Origin: Eledone cirrhosa
Taxonomy: Eukaryota
Reading direction: 5' to 3'
NCBI GenBank assembly: GCA_964016885.1
Contig: OZ024749.1
Location: 10,974,001 to 11,038,000, forward strand
DNA length: 64,000 nucleotides
Positions 1-15,117 of this stretch are shown here, in pieces; position 1 is the first letter of the stretch; each line of letters starts with the position of its first letter. The notes below the pieces were generated by a model that was not told where the DNA came from, did not search any database, and saw only the letters and a program-made list of their open reading frames with translations. Position numbers and translations under genes: made by a program.

Positions 1-3000
1 TGTGTATTGTTGTCTGTGTATGTATTATTGTCTGTGTGTATGTATTCTTGTCTGACTGTGTGTGTATTATTGTCTGTGTGTGTATTATTGTCTGACTGTG
101 TGTGTATTGTTGTCTGTGTATGTATTATTGTCTGTGTGTATGTATTCTTGTCTGACTGTGTGTGTATTATTGTCTGTGTGTGTATTATTGTCTGACTGTG
201 TGTGTATTATTGTCTGTGTGTGTGTATTATTGTCTGACTGTGTGTGTATTATTGTCTGACTGTGTATGTATTATTGTCTGTGTGTGTGTATTATTGTCTG
301 ACTGTGTGTGTATTGTTGTCTGTGTATGTTTTATTGTCTGTGTGTATGTATTCTTGTCTGACTGTGTGTGTATTATTGTCTGTGTATGTATTATTGTCTG
401 TGTATGTATTATTGTCTGTGTGTATGTATTCTTGTCTGACTGTGTATGTATTATTGTCTGTGTGTGTATTATTGTCTGTGTGTGTGTATTATTGTCTCTG
501 TGTGTGTATTATTGTCTGTGTGTGTGTATTATTGTCTGACTGTGTATGTATTATTGTCTGTGTGTGTATTATTGTCTGACTGTGTATGTATTATTGTCTG
601 TGTGTGTGTATTATTGTCTGTGTGTGTGTATTATTGTCTGACTGTGTGTGTATTATTGTCTGTGTGTGTGTATTATTGTCTGTGTGTGTGTATTATTGTC
701 TCTGTGTGTGTATTATTGTCTGTGTGTGTGTATTATTGTCTGACTGTGTATGTATTATTGTCTGTATGTGTGTATTATTGTCTGTGTGTGTGTATTATTG
801 TCTGTGTATGTATTATTGTCTGTGTGTATGTATTATTGTCTGACTGTGTGTGTATTATTGTGTGACTGTGTGTGTATTATTGTCTGTGTGTGTGTATTAT
901 TGTCTGACTGTGTATGTATTATTGTCTGTATGTGTGTATTATTGTCTGTGTGTGTGTATTATTGTCTGTGTATGTATTATTGTCTGTGTGTATGTATTAT
1001 TGTCTGACTGTGTGTGTATTATTGTCTGTATGTGTGTATTATTGTCTGACTGTGTGTGTATTATTGTCTGTGTATGTATTATTGTCTGTGTGTATGTATT
1101 ATTGTCTGACTGTGTGTGTATTATTGTCTGTGTGTGTATTATTGTCTGACTGTGTGTGTATTATTGTCTGTGTATGTATTATTGTCTGTGTGTATGTATT
1201 ATTGTCTGACTGTGTGTGTATTATTGTCTGTGTGTGTATTATTGTCTGACTGTGTGTGTATTATTGTCTGACTGTGTGTGTATTATTGTCTGACTGTGTG
1301 TGTATTATTGTCTGACTGTGTGTGTATTATTGTCTGTGTGTGTATTATTGTCTGACTGTGTGTGTATTATTGTCTGACTGTGTGTGTATTATTGTCTGTG
1401 TGTATGTATTATTGTCTGACTGTGTGTGTATTATTGTCTGTGTGTGTATTATTGTCTGACTGTGTGTGTATTATTGTCTGTGTGTGTATTATTGTGTGTG
1501 TGTGTGTATTATTGTCTCTGTGTGTGTATTATTGTCTGTGTTGTATGTATTATTGTCTGACTGTGTGTGTATTATTGTCTGTATGTGTGTATTATTGTCT
1601 GTGTGTGTGTATTGTTGTCTGTGTGTATGTATTATTGTCTGTGTGTGTGTATTATTGTCTGTGTGTGTGTATTATTGTCTGACTGTCTGTGTATGTATTA
1701 TTGTCTGTGTGTATGTATTATTGTCTGACTGTGTGTGTATTATTGTCTGTGTGTGTATTATTGTCTGACTGTGTGTGTATTATTGTCTGACTGTGTGTGT
1801 ATTATTGTCTGTGTATGTATTATTGTCTGACTGTGTGTGTATTATTGTCTGTGTGTGTATTATTGTCTGACTGTGTGTATTAGTGTCTGTGTGTGTGTAT
1901 TATTGTCTGTGTGTGTATTATTGTGTGTGTGTGTGTATTATTGTCTCTGTGTGTGTATTATTGTCTGTGTGTGTATTATTGTGTGTGTGTGTGTATTATT
2001 GTCTGTATGTGTGTATTATTGTCTGTGTGTGTGTATTGTTGTCTGTGTATGTATTATTGTCTGTGTGTATGTATTATTGTCTGTGTGTGTGTATTATTGT
2101 CTGTGTGTGTGTATTATTGTCTGTGTGTGTGTATTATTGTCTGACTGTCTGTGTATGTATTATTGTCTGTGTGTATGTATTATTGTCTGTGTGTATGTAT
2201 TATTGTCTGTGTGTATGTATTATTGTCTGTGTGTATGTATTATTGTCTGACTGTGTATGTATTATTGTCTGACTGTGTGTGTATTATTGTCTGTGTGTGT
2301 GTATTATTGTCTGACTGTGTGTGTATTATTGTCTGTGTGTATGTATTATTGTCTCTATATGTATTATTGTCTGTATGTGTGTATTATTGTCTGTGTATGT
2401 ATTATTGTCTGTGTGTGTGTATTATTGTCTGTGTATGTATTATTGTCTGTGTGTGTGTATTATTGTCTGTGTATGTATTATTGTCTCTGTGTGTGTATTA
2501 TTGTCTGTGTGTGTGCATTATTGTCTGACTGTCTGTGTATGTATTATTGTCTGTGTGTGTGCATTATTGTCTGACTGTCTGTGTATGTATTATTGTCTGT
2601 GTGTATGTATTATTGTCTGTGTGTGTGCATTATTGTCTGACTGTCTGTGTATGTATTATTGTCTGTGTGTGTGCATTATTGTCTGACTGTCTGTGTATGT
2701 ATTATTGTCTGTGTGTGTATTATTGTCTGACTGTCTGTGTATGTATTATTGTCTGTGTGTGTGTATTATTGTCTGTGTGTGTGCATTATTGTCTGACTGT
2801 CTGTGTATGTATTATTGTCTGTGTGTGTGCATTATTGTCTGACTGTCTGTGTATGTATTATTGTCTGTGTGTGTATTATTGTCTGACTGTCTGTGTGTGT
2901 ATTATTGTCTGTGTGTGTGTATTATTGTCTGTGTGTGTGCATTATTGTCTGACTGTCTGTGTATGTATTATTGTCTGTGTGTATGTATTATTGTCTGTGT

Positions 3001-4495
3001 GTGTGCATTATTGTCTGACTGTGTGTGTATGTATTATTGTCTGTGTGTGTGTATTATTGTCTGTGTGTGTGCATTATTGTCTGACTGTCTGTGTATGTAT
3101 TATTGTCTGTGTGTGTGTATTATTGTCTGTGTGTGTGCATTATTGTCTGACTGTGTATGTATTATTGTCTGTGTGTGTGTATTATTGTCTGTGTGTGTGC
3201 ATTATTGTCTGACTGTCTGTGTATGTATTATTGTCTGTGTGTGTGTATTATTGTCTGTGTGTGTGCATTATTGTCTGACTGTCTGTGTATGTATTATTGT
3301 CTGTGTGTGTGCATTATTGTCTGACTGTCTGTGTATGTATTATTGTCTGTGTGTGTATTATTGTCTGACTGTCTGTGTATGTATTATTGTCTGTGTGTAT
3401 GTATTATTGTCTGTGTGTGTGTATTATTGTCTGTGTGTGTGCATTATTGTCTGACTGTCTGTGTATGTATTATTGTCTGTGTGTGTATTATTGTCTGACT
3501 GTCTGTGTATGTATTATTGTCTGTGTGTGTATTATTGTCTGACTGTGTGTGTATGTATTATTGTCTGTGTGTGTATTATTGTCTGACTGTGTGTGTATGT
3601 ATTATTGTCTGTGTGTGTGCATTATTGTCTGTGTGTGTGCATTATTGTCTGACTGTCTGTGTATGTATTATTGTCTGTGTGTGTGTATTATTGTCTGTGT
3701 GTGTGCATTATTGTCTGACTGTCTGTGTATGTATTATTGTCTGTGTGTATGTATTATTGTCTGTGTGTGTGTATTATTGTCTGTGTGTGTGTATTATTGT
3801 CTGTGTGTGTGCATTATTGTCTGACTGTCTGTGTATGTATTATTGTCTGTGTGTGTGCATTATTGTCTGACTGTCTGTGTATGTATTATTGTCTGTGTGT
3901 GTATTATTGTCTGACTGTGTGTGTATGTATTATTGTCTGTGTGTGTGTATTATTGTCTGTGTGTGTGCATTATTGTCTGACTGTCTGTGTATGTATTATT
4001 GTCTGTGTGTGTGTATTATTGTCTGTGTGTGTGTATTATTGTCTCTGTGTGTGTATTATTGTGTGTGTGTGTGCATTATTGTCTGACTGTCTGTGTATGT
4101 ATTATTGTCTGTGTGTGTGTATTATTGTCTGTGTGTATGTATTATTGTCTGTGTGTATGTATTATTGTCTGTGTGTATGTATTATTGTCTGTGTATGTAT
4201 TATTGTCTGTATATGTGTATTATTGTCTGTATATGTGTATTATTGTCTGTATATGTGTATTATTGTCTGTATATGTGTGTGTATGTATTATTGTCTGTAT
4301 ATATGTATTATTGTCTGTATATGTGTGTGTATGTATTATTGTCTGTATATGTGTATTATTGTCTGTATATGTGTGTGTATGTATTATTGTCTGTATATGT
4401 GTATTATTGTCTGTATATGTGTATTATTGTCTGTATATGTGTGTGTATGTATTATTGTCTGTATATGTGTATTATTGTCTGTATATGTGTGTGTG
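1..4495. repeat. Minisatellite, ~20-24 bp variable unit TATTATTGTCTG(ACTG)TGTGTGTG; runs off the window start
   Basis: Continuous reiteration of TATTATTGTCTG plus a TG tract. Variants change along the array (GCATT from ~2515, CTGTATATG from ~4200). Confidence 0.97.
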
Positions 4496-4965
4496 TTTGT
4501 CTGTTTTGTTTCAAATGTTTCCAGTCTCCTATTATTTCAGTGTATCAAGCGATGACAATATAAAAATATTTTATATCATTGAACTAAATATGAGAGCTTT
4601 ACTTTAGACTAATTACATTGTCTTAATTTAATTACCTAATCAACACTTTTATTAGGATTAAAGTTCATCTCTGTTACTATGGTTTCTGCAATACTATTGT
4701 TGTTGTTGTTGGTCAACTCTTCTAGTGTAGACTTATTTCCTAATTATGGAAGTTGATTGATGTAGTTCCGTGTTGTGGGGGCTGCCATCACCATTTCCTT
4801 TCTATTTTAAGATTTAACACTTCAAACATATGTTCCCGCTTAATTGAAAGGAAATTTGGCTCAAGAGACTCTTTGACTGGTTTTGGTCATTAGACTACAG
4901 CTGTTAATATAGGAATTCTTTCTGTTAGAAGCCTTCATAGCTTCAGGTTTTGCATGTGTAAGGGA

Positions 4966-5185
4966 TTTTTCTTCTTCTTCTTCTTCGCCTTCTTCTTTGC
5001 CTTCTTTTTCTTCTGTGCCTTCTTTTTCTTCTTTGCCTTCTTCTTCTTCTTTGTCTTCTTCTTCTTCTTCTTCTTCTTCTTCTTCTTTGCCTTCTTTTTC
5101 TTCTTTTTCTTCTTCTTTGCCTCCTTTTTTGTCTCCTTCTTTTTCGTCTTCTTCGTCTTCTTTGCCTTCTTCTCCTCCTCCTCCA
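4966..5185. repeat. Degenerate (TTC)n/(GAA)n low-complexity tract
   Basis: TTC repeats interrupted by TTTGCC/TTTGTC; reads as poly-Lys on the minus strand. Confidence 0.9.
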
Positions 5186-5360
5186 CTATCGTCATTTAAT
5201 CATTTTAATCTCATTTATTAACACCTTCTGTTAAGTTTTTACAGACCCTTTGTCCACAATACAGTTATTTCATTTATGAAACAGTGTATATATATTTAAT
5301 GTATCTCAGTATCATATTTATGATACAGTATATTTATATATAGTGTATCACAGATTTATG

Positions 5361-5362
<2 letters not shown>

Positions 5363-5411
<49 letters not shown>
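5363..5411. repeat. (TA)n microsatellite
   Basis: Pure TA run. Confidence 0.95.
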
Positions 5412-5414
<3 letters not shown>

Positions 5415-5545
5415 AGTATATATATATATATATAGTGTATCACAAATTTATGATAGTGTATATATATATATATATAATGTGTCACAGGTTTATGATACAA
5501 TATATATATATATCATGTATCTTAGATGTTAAATTATATAATACA

Positions 5546-6702
5546 CTAGTGGAATTACCCACCGTTGCCCAGGTTATTGTTGTTCTTATTCAGATTAGTA
5601 AACAATAAATATGAAGATATGTTTTTTTTTTGTCATAATTAATTCAAAATATCTATATTTTATAAAAAATATATCAAAATTTTAATGATAATAGAATTTA
5701 GTAATGAAAATCTGTCAATCTTGAAACACCTTAGGGTAAACAATATTCATTGTGTAATTTTTTGTTGGTGTCTAAATGAATAAATTGTTGCTACATATTC
5801 ACACACATACACTCTCACATACATATACTAAGACAGACACACAGACATATATTCACACAGACGCATGCATAGCTTTACACCTCATTTTTTTGTCAGTCGC
5901 TACATATGTGTATGTATGTGTAGATGTGTGTATTTAATAACATACCCAATGAACGCACAGACACTCACAGACACATACACATTCATATACAAAATGTGAT
6001 GTTGTTGTGTTGTTTTCTATTGTTTTAATCCAAATGAAAATAAAAAGTTTCACATACATTTTCACATACACCCTCATACATATACTAAAACAGACATACA
6101 TTCATGCACACCTGTCTGTCATCACATATGTGTCTGTATGTGTAGATGTGTGTGTGTGTTTAATTGTCTGTGTGTGAAGATAATGTGTATTCAACTTACT
6201 AAGGCTATATGCACATGTATATGAGTGTGTGTGTGTTTAATTCTCTGAGGCCTAATGTTAAAATAAAAATTATCACACGTACACTCACATACACTCACAC
6301 ACACATACACACACACGTACACTCACATACACTCTCACATACATATACTAAGACAGATACACACAGACATACATTCGCGCGCACCTATTACTTGTGTAGA
6401 TGTGTGTGTATGTTTAATTGTCTCTGTGTGAAGATAATGTGTATGCAACTTACTAACACACACACAGACACATACACTCATATACAAAATGTGACGTCAT
6501 CATGGTGGTGGTTTACTATAATTGACTATAGAAAGGTTATTTTAGTTAAAATGTTATATTGTTTTAATTGAAATGAAAATAAAAATTACATGTTGACAAT
6601 CCCGGGGTCTAATACTATTACCTTGTAAAATTTGATTTGATTTGGTCCAGAATGCATAGGAACAGACAGACAGAGAGAGACAAAGAATTTTATATATGTA
6701 GA
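5546..6702 (-). mobile_element. Non-autonomous Helitron
   Basis: Minus strand begins TC(TACATATATAAAA) and ends CTAG, inserted between A and T with no TSD. Subterminal hairpin ACCTGGGCAACGGTGGGT lies ~10 nt before CTAG. A relic reading NNLFI*TPTKNYTMNIVYPKVFQD* (minus, ~5715-5792) resembles the RepHel/Pif1 C-terminus. Confidence 0.8.
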
Positions 6703-9700
6703 TCACAGATGTTACATTACATAATATACCATAGACATTACATTATATATCACGGATGCTACATTATATAATGTATCTCACATGCTACATTATATAATAT
6801 ATCTCACAAGCTACATTATATAATATATCACACATGCTACATTATATAATATATCACAGATGTTACATTATATAATATATCACAGATGTTACATTATATA
6901 ATATATCACAGATGTTACATTATATAATGTATCTCACATGCTACATTATATAATATATCTCACATGCTACATTATATAATATATCACAGATGTTACATTA
7001 TATAATATATCTCACATGCTACATTATATAATGTATCTCACATGCTACATTATATACTATATCTCACAAGCTACATTATATAATATATCACAGATGTTAC
7101 ATTATATAATATATCTCACATGCTACATTATATAATATATCTCACATGCTACATTATATAATATATCTCACATGCTACATTATATAATATATCACAGATG
7201 TTACATTATATACTATATCTCACATGCTACATTATATAATATATCACAGATGTTACATTATATAATATATCACACATACTACATTATATAATATATCACA
7301 GATGTTACATTATATAATATATCACAGATGTTACATTATATAATATATCACAGATGTTACATTATATAATATATCACAGATGTTACATTATATAATGTAT
7401 CTCACATGCTACATTATATAATATATCTCACATGCTACATTATATAATATATCTCACATGCTACATTATATAATATATCACAGATGTTACATTATATAAT
7501 ATATCACAGATGTTACATTATATAATATATCACACATACTACATTATATAATATATCACAGATGTTACATTATACAATATATCTCAGATGTTACATTATA
7601 TAATATATCACATATGTTACATTATATAATATATCACAGATGTTACATTATATAATATATCACAGATGTTACATTATATAATGTATCTCACATGCTACAT
7701 TATATAATATATCATAGATGTTACATTATATAATATATCACAGATGTTACATTATATAATATATCACACATACTACATTATACAATATATCACAGATGTT
7801 ACATTATATAATGTATCTCACATGCTACATTATATAATATAACACAGATGTTACATTATATAATATATCACACATACTACATTATATAATATATCACAGA
7901 TGTTACATTATATAATATATCACATATGTTACATTATATAATATATCACAGATGTTACATTATACAATATATCTCAGATGTTACATTATATAATATATCA
8001 CATATGTTACATTATATAATATATCACAGATGTTACATTATATAATATATCACACATGCTACATTATATAATATATCACAGATGTTACATTATATAATAT
8101 ATCACAGATGTTACATTATATAATATATCACAGATGTTACATTATATAATATATCACAGATGTTACATTATATAATGTATCTCACATGCTACATTATATA
8201 ATATATCTCACATGCTACATTATATAATATATCACAGATGTTACATTATATAATATATCTCACATGCTACATTATATAATGTATCTCACATGCTACATTA
8301 TATACTATATCTCACAAGCTACATTATATAATATATCACAGATGTTACATTATATAATATATCTCACATGCTACATTATATAATATATCTCACATGCTAC
8401 ATTATATAATATATCTCACATGCTACATTATATAATATATCACAGATGTTACATTATATACTATGTCTCACATGCTACATTATATAATATATCACAGATG
8501 TTACATTATATAATATATCACAGATGTTACATTATATAATATATCACACATACTACATTATATAATATATCACAGATGTTACATTATATAATATATCACA
8601 GATGTTACATTATATAATATATCACAGATGTTACATTATATAATATATCACAGATGTTACATTATATAATGTATCTCACATGCTACATTATATAATATAT
8701 CTCACATGCTACATTATATAATATATCTCACATGCTACATTATATAATATATCACAGATGTTACATTATATAATATATCACAGATGTTACATTATATAAT
8801 ATATCACACATACTACATTATATAATATATCACAGATGTTACATTATATAATATATCACAGATGTTACATTATATAATATATCACAGATGTTACATTATA
8901 TAATGTATCTCACATGCTACATTATATAATATATCTCACATGCTACATTATATAATATATCTCACATGTTACATTATATAATATATCACAGATGTTACAT
9001 TATATAATATATCACAGATGTTACATTATATAATGTATCTCACATGCTACATTATATAATATATCATAGATGTTACATTATATAATATATCACAGATGTT
9101 ACATTATATAATATATCACACATACTACATTATACAATATATCACAGATGTTACATTATATAATGTATCTCACATGCTACATTATATAATATAACACAGA
9201 TGTTACATTATATAATATATCACACATACTACATTATATAATATATCACAGATGTTACATTATATAATATATCACATATGTTACATTATATAATATATCA
9301 CAGATGTTACATTATATAATATATCTCACATGCTACATTATATAATATATCACACATACTACATTATACAATATATCACAGATGTTACATTATATAATAT
9401 ATCTCACATGCTACATTATATAATATATCCCAGATGTTACATTATATAATATATCACAGATGTTACATTATATAATATATCTCACATGCTACATTATATA
9501 ATATATCACAGATGTTACATTATATAATATATCACAGATGTTACATTATATAATATATCACAGATGTTACATTATATAATATATCTCACATGCTACATTA
9601 TATAATATATGTCACATGCTACATTATATAATATATCACAGATGTTACATTATATAATATATCACAGATGTTACATTATATATCACAGATGTTACATTAT

Positions 9701-11830
9701 ATACTATATCACAGATGTTACATTATATAATATATCTCACATGCTACATTATATAATATATCCCAGATGTTACATTATATAATATATCTCACATGCTACA
9801 TTATATAATGCATCTCACATGCTACATTATATAATGTATCTCACATGCTACATTTTATAATATATTTCACATGCTACATTTTATAATATATCATAGATGT
9901 TACATTATATAATATATCACAGATGTTACATTATATAATATATCACACATACTACATTATACAATATATCACAGATGTTACATTATATAATGTATCTCAC
10001 ATGCTACATTATATAATATAACACAGATGTTACATTATATAATATATCACACATACTACATTATATAATATATCACAGATGTTACATTATATAATATATC
10101 ACATATGTTACATTATATAATATATCACAGATGTTACATTATATAATATATCTCACATGCTACATTATATAATATATCACACATACTACATTATACAATA
10201 TATCACAGATGTTACATTATATAATATATCTCACATGCTACATTATATAATATATCCCAGATGTTACATTATATAATATATCACAGATGTTACATTATAT
10301 AATATATCTCACATGCTACATTATATAATATATCACAGATGTTACATTATATAATATATCACAGATGTTACATTATATAATATATCACAGATGTTACATT
10401 ATATAATATATCTCACATGCTACATTATATAATATATGTCACATGCTACATTATATAATATATCACAGATGTTACATTATATAATATATCACAGATGTTA
10501 CATTATATATCACAGATGTTACATTATATACTATATCACAGATGTTACATTATATAATATATCTCACATGCTACATTATATAATATATCCCAGATGTTAC
10601 ATTATATAATATATCTCACATGCTACATTATATAATGCATCTCACATGCTACATTATATAATGTATCTCACATGCTACATTTTATAATATATTTCACATG
10701 CTACATTTTATAATATATTTCACATGCTACATTTTATAATATATTTCACATGCTACATTATATAATATATCTCACATGCTACATTATATAATATATCTCA
10801 CATGCTACATTATATAATATATCTCACATGTTACATTATATAATATATCTCATATGTTACATTATATACTATATCTCACATGCTACATTATATACTATAT
10901 CTCACATGTTACATTATATAATATATTTCACATGCTACATTATATAATATATTTCACATGCTACATTATATAATATATTTCACATGCTACATTTTATAAT
11001 ATATTTCACATGCTACATTATATAATATATCTCACATGCTACATTTTATAATATATTTCACATGCTACATTTTATAATATATTTCACATGCTACATTTTA
11101 TAATATATTTCACATGCTACATTATATAATATATCTCACATGCTACATTATATAATATATCTCACATGTTACATTATATACTATATCTCACATGTTACAT
11201 TATATACTATATCTCACATGCTACATTATATAATATATCTCATATGTTACATTATATAATATATCTCACATGCTACATTATATAATATATTTCACATGCT
11301 ACATTATATAATATATCTCACATGCTACATTATATAATATATCACATATGTTACATTATATGATATATCTCACATGTTACATTATATACTATATCTCACA
11401 TGCTACATTATATAATATATCTCACATGCTACATTATATAATGTGTCTCACATGCTACAGTATATAATATATCTCACATGCTACATTATATAATATATCT
11501 CATGCTACATTATATAATATATCTCACATGCTACATTATATAGTATATCTCACATGTTACATTATATACTATATCTCACATGTTACATTATATACTATAT
11601 CTCACATGCTACATTATATAATATATCACATATGTTACATTATATCATATACCTCAGATTTAAGGTACAAAGTATATATATTTTATACATCACAGATGTT
11701 TACATTATACAATGTATCACAAATGTTACGTTATATAATATTAGATAACACAGACGTTACATTATATGATATATCTCACATTCTACATTATATAATATAT
11801 CACAGATGTTACATTATATAATATATCTCA
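6703..11830. repeat. 26-bp satellite TATATAATATATC(A/T)CA(G/C)ATG(T/C)TACAT, ~195 copies
   Basis: Direct 26-bp periodicity with two main variants (CACAGATGTT and CTCACATGCT). Confidence 0.97.
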
Positions 11831-12359
11831 GATTTATGATACAATGTATATATATTTAATATATCACAGATGTATATATATATTTGTATATATAAATGTA
11901 TATATATTTAATATATCACAGATGTATATATATATTTGTATATATAAATGTATATATATTTAATATATCACAGATGTTTACATTATACAATGTATCACCG
12001 ATTTTTCGGTATGTTTCACATAATAATTTATCTCTTACACTTGCCTTCTCATATTCAACAATGGAACTAATCTTGTATTTACAAAAAATAAATCATCATT
12101 ATTTTTTATGTTTACATGTACCCTTGAAGGTACGTGGTTTATTTGGCAGGATTGAGGTCTCAGCATTCTGAGTTCAAATCTCACCAAGGCCACCTCAGTT
12201 TTTCATTTCTTTAGGGTTGATAAAGAAAATAGCAGCACAGTTACTATGGTGCCCCAACAATTGCATCAGGAATTACGGGTCCATTCATCTACACATACCA
12301 CATTATTTGCCTGTATACAGCTAACAATAGTGACTGGGCCACTGTTACTGAAAGATCTA

Positions 12360-12815
12360 CCATATATATTCATATATAAGCTGAGAACTATATGACAAAA
12401 AAATCAATGGTAAAATGGAGAGTCTGCTTATATTTGAGGTTGATATTTTGCTGATTTTAATAAATTTAAAATTCTACATAAATGAGGAGCTAAAATATTT
12501 TTGTTTTGGAGGTGAATATTACAGTGGTTTCACTTTCATGAAATTCGTTTTTTTATGTGTTTTGAATGAATATGGCCTTGAAAACAGCATGAAACTGGTA
12601 AAAAAAAGTCACTACATAATGAAAAAAAAAAGCAATACTTAAAACATTTTAAATATCAAAATATTAAAACTTCATAAGTATAATCTCCACTCATGAGAAT
12701 TCCTAAACTGCACCATCTAAACATGATGACCTGCCTCAGATAATCCATGGAGTTTTGAGTTTTGCCCATTTCTCAGACATAAAATAGGAGTCAGCTTATA
12801 TTTGAGTATATATGG
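12360..12815. mobile_element. Tc1/mariner-superfamily (pogo/Tc2-like) MITE
   Basis: 25-bp TIRs CCATATATA(T/C)TCA(T/A)ATATAAGCTGA matching 23/25, with TA on both flanks. Confidence 0.8.
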
Positions 12816-12882
12816 TATTGTAGCATGAGTAAACAGATCTCCATTGTGAGAAAATATTGTAGTTATATTTTAATTGACCTTA

Positions 12883-13395
12883 AAGTTGGCATGGGTGACA
12901 TGTGGCATACTGTTGACATGGGTGACATGTGGCATACATTAATGTTGGCATGGGCGACATGTGACATACATTAATGTTGGTATGGGTGACATGTGACATA
13001 CATTAATGTTGGTATGGGTGACATGTGACATACATTAATGTTGGTATGGGTGACATGTGGCATAATGTTGACATGGGTGACATGTGGCATACATTAATGC
13101 TGGTATGGGTGACATGTGGCACACATTAATGTTGGTATGGGTGGCATGTGGCATAATGTTGACATGGGTGACATGTGGCATAATGTTGGCACGGGTGACA
13201 TGTGGCACATGTTAATGTTGGCACGGATGACATGTGGCATACATTAATGTTGGTATGGGTGACATGTGGCATAATGTTGACATCGGTGGCGTGCGTGACA
13301 TGTGGCATACATCAATGTTGGCATGGGTGACATGTGGCATTCTGTTGACATGAGTGACATGCGGCATAATGTTAGCATGGGTGACATGTGGTATA
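12883..13395. repeat. 27/32-bp minisatellite ATGTTGGTATGGGTGACATGTGGCATA(CATTA)
   Basis: About 17 imperfect units. Confidence 0.92.
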
Positions 13396-13472
13396 CAGAC
13401 AGTCTTTTTGACTTTTAAATAATCCTGTTATGTGGGGATTCTATAGACATAGCTACCAAATATTGAGGATAT

Positions 13473-13578
13473 AATTGTTTCTACTTTTGGCACAAGGACA
13501 GCAATTACCCAGTGTATTACTGGTACTTTATTTTATCGATCCCGTAAGGATGAAAGGCAAAGTTAACCTCGGCGGAAT
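13473..13578 (-). mobile_element. SINE family 1, 3' part
   Basis: Reverse complement of GCCTTTCATCCTTACGGG.TCGATAAAATAAAGTACCAG...TTGTGCCAAAAGTAGAAACAATT, shared with many copies in the window. Confidence 0.85.
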
Positions 13579-13631
13579 AGAGTCCCTTCAGTGGATATGA
13601 TTTATCTCCCTTGTTATCTTAGATTACCTGA

Positions 13632-13735
13632 GGTAGTGAATATAGAGGATATGTAAAGGTTGGAGAGAAATGAAGTGAACGTACTCCATTGTGTGATGTT
13701 AATGTACATGAACAGAGAAGTATGAATGAGCTGAG
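13632..13735 (+). mobile_element. Small RTE LINE fragment
   Basis: VVNIEDM*RLERNE...VNVHEQRSMNEL matches the post-RT region seen at 47840-47950. Confidence 0.6.
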
Positions 13736-13923
13736 TTTAGGGAGCTACTACTTCTGTTGACAACAAAAATAGCCTTAAAATGTTTGTTGTTGTGTGTGTA
13801 CTAACTTACTCAATTCTATAAGAGTTCAAGAGAAATTAAAACCAATGTACGACATTCCTCTAATTAGTAAAATGCTTCTTTCTTTGCAAAGAAGTCTCAA
13901 GTCATTTTTTACTAATCAATGCA

Positions 13924-15117
13924 TTAACCCTTTCATTACCACATTTCTAAGACACTACCTATGTCATTAACCCTTCCATTACCATATTTCTAATGATAGA
14001 CACTGTCTATATCATTAACCCTTAACCCTTCCATTACCATATTTCTAATGAAAGACAATCTATGTCATTAGCCCTTTCACTACCATATTTCTAATGAAAG
14101 ATAATGCCTATGTCATTAACCCTTTTATTACCATATTTCTAATTTTGAAAATAATCAACAATTTAGAGAGATTATTAACTTAGTGTTTGGAACATAAGTT
14201 AATGAAGATTCTTACATAAAATTATGATGGAAGGTTTTTAAATAAATACAAACATTTAAACTTTTTCAAAGACACTGTATGATTTTCAAATAATTTTGAA
14301 AATAATCAGGAATTTGGAGGGATATATATATCATTTCCACTTATCCATGCTGACTTGGGTTGAACAGAGCATTTTTAGGCAATATTTTACAGTCAGATGC
14401 CCTTCATGATACCAACCCTTTTAGTCACTGCTTACGACAAGCAGGGATATGGTATCACTATTCTTAACCGGATATACAAGGCATGTAATATAAATAGTAA
14501 TATAACTAACTTATTATTAAGCCAGTGTTTGGAACATAGCTTAACAAATAAATTATAAAACGTTTTTAGATAAATATAACCATTTTAACATTTTCATAAC
14601 CATATTTTGAATGAAAGACTCTTCCTAGGATTTTCAAATAATTTTGGAAATATTCAGAAATTTCAAAGGGTTTAGTAATATAACTAACTTACTCACTATT
14701 AAGTCAATGTTTGGACCATAGCTTAACAAAGGTTCTTATATAAAATTACGATGTAAGGTTTTTAGATAAATATAAGCACATTAATCTTTTCATTACCATA
14801 ACAAATCTTGAAAATAATCAAGAATTTAAAAGGATTTATTAATATCAGACAATCCTATACGAGCGAGACGACCAATCTTGCCTCAAGTGGGATAATTTCC
14901 GTCTAAACCCATGCTAGTGTGGAAGATAGACGTTAAACGATGATGATGATGATGAACTCATTATTAATCTGGTATTTGGAACACAACTTAACAAGTTCTT
15001 ATGTGAAATAATGATAGTAGTTTTTTTTAAAGATAAATATAAACATTTAAAAATAAACAGCTTATTACCAGCAGTTTCAGCAGCAGTTTCACTAAGTTTC
15101 ATATCAAAAGGGTTAAA
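13924..15117. mobile_element. TTAA-flanked (piggyBac-like) non-autonomous element with internal tandem duplications and SINE-tail fragments
   Basis: TTAACCCTTTCATTACC is repeated at the left end and ...ATCAAAAGGGTTAA lies at the right end. An internal block (GTTTGGAACATA...) recurs about four times. Related reverse pieces lie at ~24741-24900 and ~40500-40710. Confidence 0.6.

Noticed and set aside
1-4607. Many Cys/Val-rich ORFs
   Set aside because: Translations of the TG-rich minisatellite.
4935-5195. Lys-rich histone H1/protamine-like ORF
   Set aside because: Degenerate GAA microsatellite with no globular domain or gene context; cannot be fully excluded without RNA data.
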